Below are positions 40,501-51,766 of a stretch of DNA of 64,000 nt, piece by piece. The translations under genes were made by a program, and so were the position numbers. Below the pieces are notes generated by a model. That model was not told where the DNA came from. It saw only the letters and a list, made by a program, of their open reading frames with translations, and made no database searches. The stretch lies in the NCBI GenBank assembly GCA_044440125.1, contig JBITAJ010000028.1, forward strand, positions 64,001 to 128,000. The letters run 5' to 3'. Source of the DNA: Sedimentisphaeraceae bacterium JB056. Lineage in GTDB: Bacteria; Planctomycetota; Phycisphaerae; Sedimentisphaerales; Sedimentisphaeraceae. The first letter of the stretch is position 1. Each line of letters starts with the position of its first letter.

Positions 40501-41875
40501 TGTCTTTTATATCAGAACGATCGGCTCTGGTTATTATAACCCCGCCATACTGCATAAAATTCCTGCTCTTATATTCAGAAATCATTGTAGCTATCGCAGA
40601 AAGCTGATAATTCTTATAAAGCTCAATAAACTGAGCCGGATTTGTAATTATAAAATCAACTGTTTGTTTAGCTGCAGCAACCTTAATTTGATTGAATTCA
40701 AGCGGCACAAGTTCAACATGATATTCAGGCACTTTCAAGGTAAGATAGTCAGCAGTAGCAGACCATTGTTCAATACACTTATCTCTACCTCTATTGGCCA
40801 GAACACCAAGGCGTAAACACTCTGAATCTTCTGCTCTGTAAACAACTTCTCCATCACTTAAAACAGCTGAATCATCGGGAAGATTATCAAGCATTATATC
40901 AAATTCTCTGATTGCTTTATAGTCAAACAACACCCGATTAACGTTGTCATACAAAATTGGTATATCGGAAGTTTCTTTTCCGTTTAATATCTCATTAGCT
41001 AATTTCGCAGCATTTCTACCCTGCTCTTTACCACTCACCATTTTGCCGCCGACTACACCCTCGCCAAGATAGAAATCCCAGAGCCCATAGACAGGACATT
41101 GAGCAACACCACTTATCATTTGGGCACTTCGTTTAAATGAAAAGAAATTCCCATTTTTATCACGATTGAAAATTGTGAGTAAAACAGCTTCTTTCTCTGG
41201 ATCAAGATTTCCTACTTTCACAAGTAATTCCGTCATGGAAACATCTTGAACATACTCTATATCCATGCCGGCAAATCTATTACCGATAGTTCTTTGAGCG
41301 GCAGCAATCTCTGCATTTCCTGTAATAGTATGATCAGCGACAATAACACACTTCTTTAACTTCCTATGAAGCGTCTTCATCAACATCAAGGTATCAGCGG
41401 TATCAGTTCTCTCTGTAACACCTGTAACAGGTTGGCAATTAGCGATCATTTCTTTTGAAAAATTATTTATACCGCAAAAGACAATGGGAGTTCTGCCAAA
41501 AAAAGACCTGTTTTTCTTTACAAACTCAAGAGATGCGTTGTCGCTTGAAATGATAACATCAAATTCTGTTGAAGAAAATTTCAGCTTTAACAACTCAAGG
41601 AATTGTTCCTGAATCTCACTCGGAGCGATTCTCTTGGCATCCATATACTCAACATGAATGTCAATTTCATCGGAAGCAAGCTCTGCTTCGATTGTTTCAG
41701 TGATATCATCTGTCCAGCTTAAGCCTTTGTTGTAAGAATTGATAAGAAGTACATTCTGAGCTTGTGATACGCAGACAAAGATTATGCACAAAGACATAAG
41801 TCCTCTAACAAAATCTAATATATAATTGCCAGTATCTGAATACCAACTAAATTTAGCCGGACAATTATCACTCAC
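37499..41875 (-). CDS. Membrane hybrid sensor kinase with ABC substrate-binding and phosphonate-binding-like periplasmic domains, PAS x3, HisKA, HATPase, REC
   Basis: [38 protein letters not shown]; one [27 protein letters not shown]. Confidence 0.92.
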   Translation of the reverse strand: MSDNCPAKFSWYSDTGNYILDFVRGLMSLCIIFVCVSQAQNVLLINSYNKGLSWTDDITETIEAELASDEIDIHVEYMDAKRIAPSEIQEQFLELLKLKFSSTEFDVIISSDNASLEFVKKNRSFFGRTPIVFCGINNFSKEMIANCQPVTGVTERTDTADTLMLMKTLHRKLKKCVIVADHTITGNAEIAAAQRTIGNRFAGMDIEYVQDVSMTELLVKVGNLDPEKEAVLLTIFNRDKNGNFFSFKRSAQMISGVAQCPVYGLWDFYLGEGVVGGKMVSGKEQGRNAAKLANEILNGKETSDIPILYDNVNRVLFDYKAIREFDIMLDNLPDDSAVLSDGEVVYRAEDSECLRLGVLANRGRDKCIEQWSATADYLTLKVPEYHVELVPLEFNQIKVAAAKQTVDFIITNPAQFIELYKNYQLSAIATMISEYKSRNFMQYGGVIITRADRSDIKDIDDLKGKSVISPGEQSFGGWYMVLRELDDNNIDILQDFDDLSFADNNYDVIRQVVKGKSDVGFIRTGILERVEADTDISVDELKIVNPYPTTEEFPFVHSTMLYPEWPIVSVKSDSDLDRIVSGALIAMPKDSMAAVYAGSGGWTIPQSYQSVADCLMHIGAKPYEGYGQVKITKILSRYWKWLTAAAIFILMLIGFNIYSSRLNFKLKSLSNSLSEKEKLLNSTLHSIGDGFITTDKDGKVWDMNPVAEKLTGWSLKDAKGYPLEEVFDIINNQTGKMAENPALRALKEGIVFELANHTDLVSRDGKVRHISDSASPIKNDEEQIIGSVLVFRDVTESYEANEKIKEREQRFDQIAEQSREVVWEVDADGLYTYVSDACVDVFGYSRDEMVGRLHFYELHPEDEREQFAKDAFKIFEEKGKFSGLLNKAETKDGKAIWLSTNGQPILDKEGKLIGYRGVDQDVTERVDSRKAVENANAFLKGLLDSIPDMIFFKDKDGVYMGCNPEFEKFVGRSRDQIIGKTDYDMFDKDIADFFRENDKKMMAQGQARSNEESVTYPDGHVVLLDTIKAPLFTSDGDSIGIVGVARDITERKRSEDQLRVMNHNLKKANDKISFMVKRAEEANKTKSEFLANMSHEIRTPMNAIIGFSDMLSDEPLKDHQKEFVGLIRSEGRTLLNLINDILDFSKIESGKLQIEMLDCSLEETLNSIEAAMLPQADRKSLEFKVVRKGQLPAIIHTDPNRLKQCIVNIVSNAIKFTHEGYVHVNVESIEEKQGNIVVFNVEDTGIGIPEDKKDSIFEVFTQAESSTTRKYGGSGLGLAITKNLAKMLGGDLTVESTVGKGSIFTLRIKSGEPNCVDISELEHNNDKKDTSLESLGKRFGSVLVADDARTNQILIKKLLEKVGLDVTVVQDGSSAVDQAENKTFDMILMDIQMPVMNGYEATRRIREKGIETPIIALTANAMKTDREKCMNSGCNDYLSKPIERRRLAKVISTYIKKA

Positions 41876-42117
41876 TTCAAGCCCCTAAGAACTTATTTTC
41901 AACAAAATGCCATTCGGCACAACACCGTTGCAACACAAAAATCAACAAAAAATGATTATAAACTAAAATAAGGCAAAAAACAACCTATAAACTTTTTATT
42001 AACAAGTTAAAGGAAGTGAAAACAGATATAAACTACCAACTACGATAATCGTTCAAAATCGAAATGATTTTCTATTTTTTGAGACAAAAAAAAAAGATAT
42101 GACATGTAAGCCAAGTT

Positions 42118-42999
42118 TTAATTGGAATAAGTTGACGGGGGAACAACAAACATCCTACTGTCCTTAGGTTCTCCACCCAAACGATACTGCAAAGGAGTGC
42201 AACCCGTCTTTTTACGGAAAAGTCTCGAAAAATAAGAAGAATCCTTATAGCCGCACATAATAGATATCTCTGATATTTGTATACTGGAGGTCTTTAGGAG
42301 CCTCTTGGCGTTACTCAAACGTATCCGTGTAAGATACTCAAGCATTGACATCCCTACTTTTCGCTTAAAACGCTTTGAAAGCGTTGCTCTGTCAACATTT
42401 AGATAGGCAATAACCGATTCTATATTCACATCGTAATCATGCCAGTTTCTATGCAAATACCATTGAGCTTGATAAACAAGATTATCCTTTATCATCTCTC
42501 TGGCAAGATCTGCCTGAAAGACAAAAAGGTCATGCGCCCTTGATATCGCAAGTACTTGATCTTGTTTGCTCTCACGGTCTATTAATTCAGAAAGGTCCTC
42601 AAGCCACCTCACGGGAACCTCACGACATGGAAAAACACCGGTCCACAAACCTGCTGACAATACAGTACTGCTTGCCTGAGGTCCGTCTATTGCAAGGTAA
42701 CGAAACTCGCACTCATCACTGGTAACCTCAAGACCAAATTTAAGGCCTGGAGTAATCACCATAATATGACCTGCAGAAAGATCGAAAACACCCATATCTT
42801 CAATTGTTATACGCAAAACACCGGTTTGACCCCAAGCCATCACTGTATAGGTAGAATACCTTATAGGAGATATATGACCCTTAGGAACATAATAATGACC
42901 TACTCCACGCAAACCCAAAGGCAGACCTTTAATCGGTAAAGGACTTGGACGAAATTTTTGTATTATAAGGTATTTATCAGATTTTATCACAAACTTCAC
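42118..42999 (-). CDS. AraC family transcriptional regulator
   Basis: RLSNAKRLL...ISEISIMCGYKDSSYFSRLFRKKTGCTPLQYR. Confidence 0.92.
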   Translation of the reverse strand: MKFVIKSDKYLIIQKFRPSPLPIKGLPLGLRGVGHYYVPKGHISPIRYSTYTVMAWGQTGVLRITIEDMGVFDLSAGHIMVITPGLKFGLEVTSDECEFRYLAIDGPQASSTVLSAGLWTGVFPCREVPVRWLEDLSELIDRESKQDQVLAISRAHDLFVFQADLAREMIKDNLVYQAQWYLHRNWHDYDVNIESVIAYLNVDRATLSKRFKRKVGMSMLEYLTRIRLSNAKRLLKTSSIQISEISIMCGYKDSSYFSRLFRKKTGCTPLQYRLGGEPKDSRMFVVPPSTYSN

Positions 43000-43374
43000 C
43001 TATAATTTTGGCGATACCGACAAAAGTCTGGCATTCCGATAAAGATCCGTGATTTTTACCAGGCACCCGAATATAATAATACCGTTTTCAACTTTTGCTA
43101 TAGATATCAATGCTACATATAAGATTCTAACACAAATTAATCTAAAAAACAAATATTTGTTCTTATTTTTTAATGCTTATATCAAATTTTACTAATTAAA
43201 TGTAAACTTATTTTCTTTATCTTTCGTTTCAAGCTCTTTTTAACACAAAACCTCCCACAATTGTACTCTCAAGGACATTTATGCCGCCTTTGAGTTTGCC
43301 TTACAATTACGATTCTGTTATATTAAGGGTTTTGCAGTAATTCGAATTCTAAGATTAAACAAAGGGAAACTATT

Positions 43375-45333
43375 ATGGATAAGGCTCTATCTGACCTAAT
43401 AAAAATATCCAACAAAGTTGGCAGTGATGTTACATTAGTTCAGGGCGGCGGTGGAAATACCTCCGTTAAAAGCGAAGACGGCAATTACATGTTCATCAAA
43501 GCAAGCGGAACAAGCTTAAAAGAGATGAGCGAGACAAAAGGCTGGCGAAGAGTAAACATCTCAAGACTCAACAGATTGATGACTGACGAAGTGTTGACTA
43601 TCTGCGATGTTGATACAAGAGAACGTGAAGTCGTCGGACGTTTGGCGTTATCTTGCGATGATGATGTAACAAGCGGCGCAAGACCATCCGTAGAAGCCCC
43701 TCTGCATGCAATGCTTGATAAATACGTTATACACCTGCACCCTTCAACTGTTGGTGCATGGGTTAACGCAAAAGAAGGCAAGAAACTCATTGATGAGCTT
43801 GAGAAAAAAGCCTCAATCAATGCTCTTTGGGTACCATACTGCGACCCGGGATACATCCTTTCCTGCAAAACAGCAAAACTGATAGAAAAGTACGAAAAAG
43901 AAAATAACACAAAACCTTCCGTACTTATGCTTGACAAGCACGGCGTATTTGTAGCCGCCGAAACCGCAAATGCGGCAACAAAACTTGTTGACAAAGTAAT
44001 TGAGGTTTGCTCTACAGGCCTTAAAACTCCTAAAAAGGCAAAGATAAAGGCTTCTAAAGAAGAAATAAACGATACAAAGCTTGCTATCCGTAAAGCTTAT
44101 TTCGACATTGATAATACAAGAGGCGTAATAAAGTATTTCGCAGATGACGAAATTGCATCATACTGCCAGTGCGACCAGATAAAAAAGATGCTTGCTGCTT
44201 CTGCTCTTACACCTGATGAGCTGGTTTACTCAAACGGTCCGGCAATATTCATAAACAATACAAAACCAGAAGCGATCGCAAAAAAAATAGCCTCGGCAAA
44301 AGCCAAAGGCGGCAAAACTCCTGCAGCATTGATTGTGCAAGGCCAGGGACTGTTTGTAGCAGCCACAGCAAAACGTGCAGCGATAATACGTGACATAGTG
44401 GCAAGCTCACTGTTCATAAGATTCAACGCCCTCAATAAAGGCGGCGGAATACGTGCCCTCACAAAGGCCCAGCAAGAATTTATAAACAACTGGGAAGCTG
44501 AAGCGTTCCGCAGTTCACAAGCAGGCGGAACTGCGGGCGGCAGACTCAAAGGCCGTATTGCAGTAGTAACCGGCGGAGGCAGCGGACTTGGAAGAAGCAC
44601 TGCATTAGGACTTGCAAGAGTTGGTGCTTTTGTCGCGGTAGCTGATATAGACGAATCCGCTGCAGCAGAAACGGTATCGATCATCGAAGGAGAAACAGGT
44701 CTCGAAGCAATGGCTATAAAGTGTAATGTCACTGATGAAAACAACGTCAAAGCCGGCTTCGACAGTATACTTGATAATTGGGGCGGACTTGATATCGTTG
44801 CCAACTGTGCGGGCGTTGCTCCGGCATTCTCACTTGTTGACTTGCCTGTTGATAAATGGAGATTCGCACTTGAGGTCAACCTCACAGGCTACTACCTAAT
44901 GGCTCAAAATGCCGCAAGAATCATGATAAAACAAGGTATTGGCGGAAGCATGGTACACCTCAGCTCTAAGTCAGGTCTTGATGCCAGCAAGAACAATACA
45001 CCTTATAACGCAACTAAAGCGGGTGAACTTCATATGTCTCGCGGCTGGGCAATAGAGCTTGGCCAATACGGCATAAGAACAAACTGCGTATGCCCGGGTA
45101 ACGTATTCGAAGGTTCTAAAATATGGAATCCCGAATACATCAAGGTGTGTGCGAAGAAATACGGAATCAAGCCGGAAGAAGTTATACCTTACTATGTAAG
45201 CAAGGCAACCCTGGGAATAGAAATCAAGGGTCAGGACATAGCCGACTCAGTGGTATTCCTCGCATCAGACGAAGCCAGAGTAATAACCGGCCAGACAATC
45301 GTAGCCGATGCAGGACAGGTATTCGTCCGCTAA
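43375..45333 (+). CDS. Bifunctional class II aldolase / short-chain dehydrogenase (rhamnulose-1-phosphate aldolase-dehydrogenase family)
   Basis: GGGGNTSVK, KASG, RPSVE, HLH, KHG; then TGGGSGLG, YNATK. Confidence 0.88.
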   Translation: MDKALSDLIKISNKVGSDVTLVQGGGGNTSVKSEDGNYMFIKASGTSLKEMSETKGWRRVNISRLNRLMTDEVLTICDVDTREREVVGRLALSCDDDVTSGARPSVEAPLHAMLDKYVIHLHPSTVGAWVNAKEGKKLIDELEKKASINALWVPYCDPGYILSCKTAKLIEKYEKENNTKPSVLMLDKHGVFVAAETANAATKLVDKVIEVCSTGLKTPKKAKIKASKEEINDTKLAIRKAYFDIDNTRGVIKYFADDEIASYCQCDQIKKMLAASALTPDELVYSNGPAIFINNTKPEAIAKKIASAKAKGGKTPAALIVQGQGLFVAATAKRAAIIRDIVASSLFIRFNALNKGGGIRALTKAQQEFINNWEAEAFRSSQAGGTAGGRLKGRIAVVTGGGSGLGRSTALGLARVGAFVAVADIDESAAAETVSIIEGETGLEAMAIKCNVTDENNVKAGFDSILDNWGGLDIVANCAGVAPAFSLVDLPVDKWRFALEVNLTGYYLMAQNAARIMIKQGIGGSMVHLSSKSGLDASKNNTPYNATKAGELHMSRGWAIELGQYGIRTNCVCPGNVFEGSKIWNPEYIKVCAKKYGIKPEEVIPYYVSKATLGIEIKGQDIADSVVFLASDEARVITGQTIVADAGQVFVR

Positions 45334-45360
45334 TAACTTAGCTCAAACTATAATACCCAG

Positions 45361-45401
45361 AACTCCCCTGTCGACCGCAACAGTCTTCAGGGGAGTTTTT
45401 T
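45361..45401 (+). terminator. Intrinsic terminator
   Basis: AACTCCCCTG...CAGGGGAGTT followed by T run. Confidence 0.75.
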
Positions 45402-45485
45402 ATGACTTTCACTATATTCTTAACAAGTAATAAACTATTCACAAATTGTTGCTTATGAATTTTGTGTTTGTATAATAAGCAAATC

Positions 45486-46868
45486 ATGTATGAATCTTCG
45501 GATACAATAACTGCCGTCAGCAGTGGCTCTGCCAATGGCCTGCGGCATATAATAAGACTAAGCGGCAACGAAGCGGCAAATGCGTTAAGCATCTTCAGCC
45601 CCTGCATTAATGCCTCAGAGAGAGGCATAATCAATGGGCGTTTGGATATAATGCGGATGAGCTTTGATGCAATCGCTTATGTATTCCCGAAAGGTCAAAG
45701 TTATACAGGCGATGAACTGATCGAACTTCACGTTGAGTGCCCGTTATGTATAACAGAAAAGATACTTGAAAAACTTTGCGAAAATAATAATGTGAGACTG
45801 GCCGAAGCAGGCGAGTTTACGGCAAGAGCATTCTTCAACGGCAAGCTTGATCTCACGCAGGCTGAGGCGGTTGCCCAGATAGTATCAGGCAGCAATGCGT
45901 TTCAACTGCAGGCTGCCCAGAAGCTCCTAAAGGGAAGGCTATCGGAAAAAATAAGCAATCTGCGAAGACAGATACTCGAGCTTCTGAGTCTACTTGAAGC
46001 AGGACTTGATTTCAGTGAAGAAGATATAACATTCATAACGGAAAGCCAGGCCGCCAAGCGGGTAGAGCAAATAACATCCGGCCTCAGAGAGCTCATAACA
46101 AACAACATCAAGTACGAACGCATGATAGGATTGCCGGCTATCGCAATAACAGGCTGCCCCAATGCAGGTAAAAGCTCATTGATGAATGCTATGCTCGGCA
46201 AGGAAAGAAGCATTGTTTCCTCAGTAAGAGCAACAACCCGTGATGTGATAAGCGAAGTATTTGAGTTTGACCGTTTCTCCTGCATATTGAGCGATTGCGC
46301 GGGTATAATCAAGGACAATGCGATTGACGAGATAGACGCTATAGCCCAGAATTCCGCAATGGAAACCATTAAAAGTTCGGATATGGTAATATTCTGTGTT
46401 GATATCACAAAAACAGATTTCACTGACGAGCAAACTCTATTTGAATGTTTCAGCAACAACACCATAGCACTTGCTACCAAAAGCGACAAGCTAACTGAAA
46501 ATGAGCTTCAAAAAAGAATCGCAAAGCTTGAAAGCATATTCAATATTAAATTCACACCAATCTGTACATCTAAAAATGATGATGTGATTGTCTTTATAAA
46601 GATGCTTGAAAATGAACTGGCACTACTTTGCGGCAGCAGCAAAGGAAGCGAAGAAGTCATAGCTGTAAATCGGCGTCACTATCAAACACTCGAGAAAGTA
46701 TTAGCGAATGTAAGCGATGGACTGAAAGAAGTAAAGAACGGTAACGATGAACTTACGGCAATGTACCTCAGAAGCTCATATATGGAGTTGTCCGATTTGA
46801 ACGAGCAGCAAAGTATTGATGAAAGTATCCTCGACACAATATTCTCCAACTTTTGTATAGGGAAATAG
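45486..46868 (+). CDS. mnmE: tRNA modification GTPase MnmE
   Basis: DTITAVSS, SYTGDE, AEAGEFTARAF.NGKLDLTQAE, PNAGKSS, FSNFCIGK. Confidence 0.95.
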   Translation: MYESSDTITAVSSGSANGLRHIIRLSGNEAANALSIFSPCINASERGIINGRLDIMRMSFDAIAYVFPKGQSYTGDELIELHVECPLCITEKILEKLCENNNVRLAEAGEFTARAFFNGKLDLTQAEAVAQIVSGSNAFQLQAAQKLLKGRLSEKISNLRRQILELLSLLEAGLDFSEEDITFITESQAAKRVEQITSGLRELITNNIKYERMIGLPAIAITGCPNAGKSSLMNAMLGKERSIVSSVRATTRDVISEVFEFDRFSCILSDCAGIIKDNAIDEIDAIAQNSAMETIKSSDMVIFCVDITKTDFTDEQTLFECFSNNTIALATKSDKLTENELQKRIAKLESIFNIKFTPICTSKNDDVIVFIKMLENELALLCGSSKGSEEVIAVNRRHYQTLEKVLANVSDGLKEVKNGNDELTAMYLRSSYMELSDLNEQQSIDESILDTIFSNFCIGK

Positions 46869-46898
46869 AGACCTGCAAAAAACACTCTATTAAAGAAA

Positions 46899-47849
46899 AT
46901 GTTCAATATATTATTTTTCACAATTTTCGGCGTATTCATGGTAATGGCTCCAGGAGCTTTTCTAACAAAGAAAAACATAATCACTCCCGGCGGCCTCAAA
47001 GACATATCCAAGCTGCTTGTATATTCAATCTACCCGTGCCTGATATTCTCATCTATTACACAGAACTTCACGCTCAAGGGATTATTTGCCGCATGGCCTC
47101 TTCCTGCAAGTTCAATGATGATAATGCTCAGCGGATATTTCATTGGTTTGACAGTAACATTGTTCATAAGATTCAAAAAAGAAAAAGAGAAACATGCTTT
47201 CCTCTTCCAAAGTACGATAAATAATTATTCATTCCTGCCTATAGCTGTAGTTGCCGAGATATTCGAGCCGCAGGCTGTTGCTGCATTGATATTCTCAACA
47301 CTTGGTGCGGAAATAACGGTATGGACACTCGGAGTTTTCATACTAACCGGTCACAAAGTTGAAAAGAAAAGTCTTAAGCACCTTTTATCTCCCCCTCTTC
47401 TGGCTCTATACACTGCACTGATATGGCTCGGCATATTCCAGATCACCGGTGCATCCAAAACACTATACACTGAAAACAACTCCTTGCTGTACTATTTCCA
47501 CAACACTACCAAACTGATAGGCCAAGCAACAATTCCACTTGCAATGATAATAGCAGGTGCAAGACTTGCGAATATGAAACTCGGAAATATCAACCGTTAC
47601 ACATGGATAATATGCGGCTTAAGACTTCTTATAATACCCCTCATCGTTGCATTCATGCTTAGATTCATGCCGCTGACAGATCAATGGAGGTCGGTAATGC
47701 TTGTTGTTGCAGTGATGCCTGTATCCCTTGCCAGCTCAATGCTAAGCGAGATATACAGAACAGACGACGACATAGTAAACAGCACAGTTCTAATGACTCA
47801 TCTTTTGAGTCTTCTTACAATCCCTCTGCTGCTGGCTATACTGCTGTAA
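46899..47849 (+). CDS. AEC (auxin efflux carrier) family transporter
   Basis: Multi-TM; PCLIF, NYSFLP, IGQATIPLAM, MPVS. Confidence 0.85.
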   Translation: MFNILFFTIFGVFMVMAPGAFLTKKNIITPGGLKDISKLLVYSIYPCLIFSSITQNFTLKGLFAAWPLPASSMMIMLSGYFIGLTVTLFIRFKKEKEKHAFLFQSTINNYSFLPIAVVAEIFEPQAVAALIFSTLGAEITVWTLGVFILTGHKVEKKSLKHLLSPPLLALYTALIWLGIFQITGASKTLYTENNSLLYYFHNTTKLIGQATIPLAMIIAGARLANMKLGNINRYTWIICGLRLLIIPLIVAFMLRFMPLTDQWRSVMLVVAVMPVSLASSMLSEIYRTDDDIVNSTVLMTHLLSLLTIPLLLAILL

Positions 47850-47864
47850 GGCATGTATTAACAG

Positions 47865-49271
47865 TTATTTTTCTTCGGTATTTTCACCGCTTATGTCAGC
47901 GTCAACCATATCAGCCAGCAATTTCGCTGTCTGTTTGAACGGTAAAACATCGGCCGCTTTCTCAAGCTCTTCCTTTGCCCATGCAGGTTCTTCGATTTGG
48001 TAATAGATATAAGCAAGCAGGAACGAAAGCTCACCGGCGCCGCTCCTTGCCATCCATCGCTGTATGTCAACGATTCTATTTTCCAATACGTCCCTGTCAC
48101 CAAGCATTTCAACAAGGTCAACCTTGACAGCTATATAATCTGGATAAAGCATAAGTGCTTTATTGAGGTAATACGAACTGCTCATATACTCACCGGCACC
48201 AAGAAGTGCAAGCGACTGACCTGCATAGACAAGAGGATCTTCCCTGCGGAATATCGAAGCAAGCGAGTAAGCATCGGCTGCTCTGTAGAACTCACCCTCA
48301 TCCATAAAATCTTCAGCCTTCTTCATATAGCTGTTGAACTTATCATCAGAATAGCCGGCAAAGCTCTTGAACTCGCCAAGTACCCCGCGAGCCTTCATCC
48401 TCATATCCTTCTTATCAGAGAAATCCACATCTTCTCTACTTCCCGTATCTTCCTCCTTAAGAGATGTTGTACCCTCAATACCAAGGCTGTCACCATTAAG
48501 AACATCGGCAATATCTCTGCCTGAAACCTCAGCTTCAAGACCAACTTCTTTTTGTTTCTGCCTTATTTGATCAAACACATTCTCAGCGTCAGCAGCAACA
48601 TCACCGTAAAGCTCCTTGGTATCACCTTTGAATTCTTTATCCATTATGAGGCCGAGATCCGAACGCCCCGGCAAAGACTCCTGAGAATCTATCCTGTACT
48701 TTTTAGACAGCAAATCCCGCTGCCTCTGTACCTGTTCCGGAGTACGCAAATTACGTTCTTTGAGATAATACTCAAAATCTTTAATATCCTCTGTAAACGG
48801 TCTCAGATCAACACTTTTTGAATAAGTCTGGGCTATTATCTTATTAGCATTATACTGATCGAATTCAGGCATGCCGCTCTTAAGAGAAGATTTGTCACGT
48901 GATATATAAGGCAGTTTATAAGAAGTTTGAGGATAATTACTTATATTAAGCCCTGTAGCCGTTTTCGGATATACAGTTCTCGGAAGTGAACCGGTCACAG
49001 GACTGTAATAGCTCCCACTGTAGGGATTGGTAGAATTACCCAATGACGATCTGTATGGCACAACTCCTCTATAAACACTGCCTGTGCCCACTCTTGGACT
49101 TACACGACTCGAACTCTGTGACGGCGGAGTATTATAGGAAGCACGTGCATTTTGTCTGGCAGAGACCCTCGCATCATACCTTTGTACACCGGTACCGTCA
49201 GTAGGGCTTGATGCTGCAAAGAGTTCTACTGTCAAAAGAAACGATACTATAAAAAAAATATTAATTTTCAT
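47865..49271 (-). CDS. Secreted protein, S/P/Y-rich N-terminus and C-terminal TPR repeats
   Basis: Signal peptide; AEDFMDEGEFYRAADAY, ALLGAGEYMSS, FLLAYIYYQ. Confidence 0.65.
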   Translation of the reverse strand: MKINIFFIVSFLLTVELFAASSPTDGTGVQRYDARVSARQNARASYNTPPSQSSSRVSPRVGTGSVYRGVVPYRSSLGNSTNPYSGSYYSPVTGSLPRTVYPKTATGLNISNYPQTSYKLPYISRDKSSLKSGMPEFDQYNANKIIAQTYSKSVDLRPFTEDIKDFEYYLKERNLRTPEQVQRQRDLLSKKYRIDSQESLPGRSDLGLIMDKEFKGDTKELYGDVAADAENVFDQIRQKQKEVGLEAEVSGRDIADVLNGDSLGIEGTTSLKEEDTGSREDVDFSDKKDMRMKARGVLGEFKSFAGYSDDKFNSYMKKAEDFMDEGEFYRAADAYSLASIFRREDPLVYAGQSLALLGAGEYMSSSYYLNKALMLYPDYIAVKVDLVEMLGDRDVLENRIVDIQRWMARSGAGELSFLLAYIYYQIEEPAWAKEELEKAADVLPFKQTAKLLADMVDADISGENTEEK

Positions 49272-49282
49272 ATTTCACCTCA

Positions 49283-50134
49283 CTATTCACCTTTATAATC
49301 AGGTTTTTGTGCCCACTTAAGTTTGTACGCCAGGGTGTCCCACTGTGTTCTTACCGGATTATTTATAACGTTGAATACTGATGGATCTTTTGATATCTCG
49401 ATAATACTGTCGCAGCCTATAGTACAAAGAGTCTCTCCATCACAGCCAACTATAGACTCCTTATCTATTCGTACAGGATAAATCTCAATCTTGCGATTTG
49501 AACCTATAACTATAGGCCGGAAACTGAGAGAATGAGGGTTAAGAGGCGTAATTGTTATTGCCGAGAGTCCGGCCGCTATTATAGGGCCTCCGGCGGAAAG
49601 ACTGTAACCGGTTGATCCTGTAGGGGTTGCAACAATAACACCATCACCTACACAACTGGCAAGCGGCTTGCCGTCAACAGCAATCTCAAGTTCGATCATT
49701 TTCAGTGGAGAACCCGGTATTATAGCAACCTCATTTACCGCGGTTGCAGAAATATCTGCTCCATTATGCACATTACACCGCAGCAGCATGCGTTTTTCTA
49801 CAGCCAAATTACCGGCAATCAGATCATCAAACACATCCTCAAGCTCATCAACGCTGAATTCGGCAAGATAACCAAGACGACCCACATTGACACCTACAAC
49901 AGGAACATCAAGCTCTGAAAGTTCACGGGCAGCCCTGAGTATGGATCCATCACCGCCAAAAACAAAGGCAAAATCAACACCCCTGAGAGTATCAATACCG
50001 CATTGGCCGCCATAACAATTAGCTATTATTTCAAGCTTATCCGAGGCAATGGACTTAAACCTCTCAACGGCTTCACGGCAGCTGTCTCTGGCACAATCAC
50101 CAAATATTACACATTTTTTGCCTTGTTTATCCAT
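49283..50134 (-). CDS. nadK: NAD+ kinase
   Basis: [32 protein letters not shown]. Confidence 0.95.
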   Translation of the reverse strand: MDKQGKKCVIFGDCARDSCREAVERFKSIASDKLEIIANCYGGQCGIDTLRGVDFAFVFGGDGSILRAARELSELDVPVVGVNVGRLGYLAEFSVDELEDVFDDLIAGNLAVEKRMLLRCNVHNGADISATAVNEVAIIPGSPLKMIELEIAVDGKPLASCVGDGVIVATPTGSTGYSLSAGGPIIAAGLSAITITPLNPHSLSFRPIVIGSNRKIEIYPVRIDKESIVGCDGETLCTIGCDSIIEISKDPSVFNVINNPVRTQWDTLAYKLKWAQKPDYKGE

Positions 50135-50204
50135 AAAAAAGATTATAACCCGCTAACCGTAAAAATCAACTCAATTAAGCTATATATTATTTGTCTTACA
50201 CAGC

Positions 50205-50567
50205 TCACCCGCCGCTTTTCTTCACTTTGTAACCCATTTTAGACAGCTCATCAACAAGCTGATCCCGTTTATCGCCCTGTATTTCTATCACATGGTCTTT
50301 TACAGTTCCGCCGCAGCCGCATTTATTCTTTAATTTAGTAGATAGCTTTTTCAAATCGTCACCACCAAGCGGCAGACCGGTAATAACTGTAACCCCCTTG
50401 CCTTTACGCCCCTTCGTTTCTCTGCCAACTCTGACAATACCATCCCCTTTAGGAATAATATTCAATCCGCTGCATTGACACTTACCCTCTGGCTGGCCGC
50501 ACCCAGGACACATTCTTCCATGCTCTGTGGAGTAAACAAGCCCGCCGGTATTATTTTTTCTGCTCAT
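50205..50567 (-). CDS. yciH: Translation initiation factor SUI1-family protein
   Basis: LVYST, ETKGRKGKGVT, CGCGGTVKD.VIEIQGD. Confidence 0.93.
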   Translation of the reverse strand: MSRKNNTGGLVYSTEHGRMCPGCGQPEGKCQCSGLNIIPKGDGIVRVGRETKGRKGKGVTVITGLPLGGDDLKKLSTKLKNKCGCGGTVKDHVIEIQGDKRDQLVDELSKMGYKVKKSGG

Positions 50568-50707
50568 ACGCTTAATCGCTTCCAATCATGATTATATAAC
50601 TTACTCCGACATCATCGTTAAGAATATATCTTAAATTTATAGAAAAATAGTTCAAGATGTTTTATACATACTTGACTTAAACTTATCCAAATCTTAATAT
50701 AGAAATC

Positions 50708-51442
50708 ATGGAAGAGATTATTATACTGAAAGCATTCGAGGATAATTACATATACCTTTATCGTTACGATGATGCTAAGGTCATAGCTATAGATCCCGGT
50801 GATGGCGAAGTTGTCGTCAAGGCACTGAACGAAAAAGGCCTTGAATTGTCGCATATTCTCATAACGCACAGCCATTTCGATCATATCGGCGGAGTTGAGA
50901 TGCTGAAACGCAAAACCGGATGCGTTTCACTGGCGATGAAAGATGAACAATCGCTCACCATTGGATCTTCCAAGGTAGAAACAATCGCCACGCCCGGCCA
51001 TACAAAAGATTCCGTATGTTATTATATAACACCATCAAATGAGCTGACCGGTATACTGTTAACTGGCGACACTCTCTTTACCGGAGGCTGCGGCAGACCA
51101 ATGAGCTGCAAAAGCTCAGTACTGTGGAATTCACTCTGCAAACTTGCCCAACTGCCAGGCGAAACCCTCATGTATCCCGGACACAACTACACTATTGAAA
51201 ATTACGAATTTGCGCTTTCAATAATACCATCAGACCAAACTATAAAAAATGCATTTGCTAATGCTCAAAAACTTGAAGACCAGGGTAAAGATATCATCCC
51301 ATCTACGTTGAATTTCGAGAAAAAAACAAACATATTTCTCAAATCATCTGATCGAGAGGTCAAAAAAGCACTTAAAATGCAAGACAACACCGCAGGTGAG
51401 GTCTTCGCTGAGCTTAGGATGAGAAAAAACATCTTCGGCTGA
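50708..51442 (+). CDS. gloB: Hydroxyacylglutathione hydrolase (glyoxalase II)
   Basis: DNYIY, THSHFDHIGG, TPGHT, TGDTLF.GGCGR, GHNYT. Confidence 0.9.
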   Translation: MEEIIILKAFEDNYIYLYRYDDAKVIAIDPGDGEVVVKALNEKGLELSHILITHSHFDHIGGVEMLKRKTGCVSLAMKDEQSLTIGSSKVETIATPGHTKDSVCYYITPSNELTGILLTGDTLFTGGCGRPMSCKSSVLWNSLCKLAQLPGETLMYPGHNYTIENYEFALSIIPSDQTIKNAFANAQKLEDQGKDIIPSTLNFEKKTNIFLKSSDREVKKALKMQDNTAGEVFAELRMRKNIFG

Positions 51443-51766
51443 TAAGGCCAATGATTCTTTTCCGCTCCCAAAGCCCTCAAAAAAACTGATTAAAAGCGAA
51501 AACGAGTTTTTATACCGCAAAAAACAGTGACTTTGCAGTGTTTTTTTCGTTTTTTTATACTAATTATATCAAATAAATGACACAAGATAACAATCCTTGA
51601 TACCGCAGGCATCTTCTGACAAGTAAAACATATAAGAACCTGCAAAACAAGCAGATATGAGCAAGCTTTAGAAAAATAAACAAAATTTATCTATAACAGA
51701 TTAACCCATCAAAAAAACTTCTTCAAGCCCATTTATAGGTATTTTAACGCCATTTGCGTTTTTATC

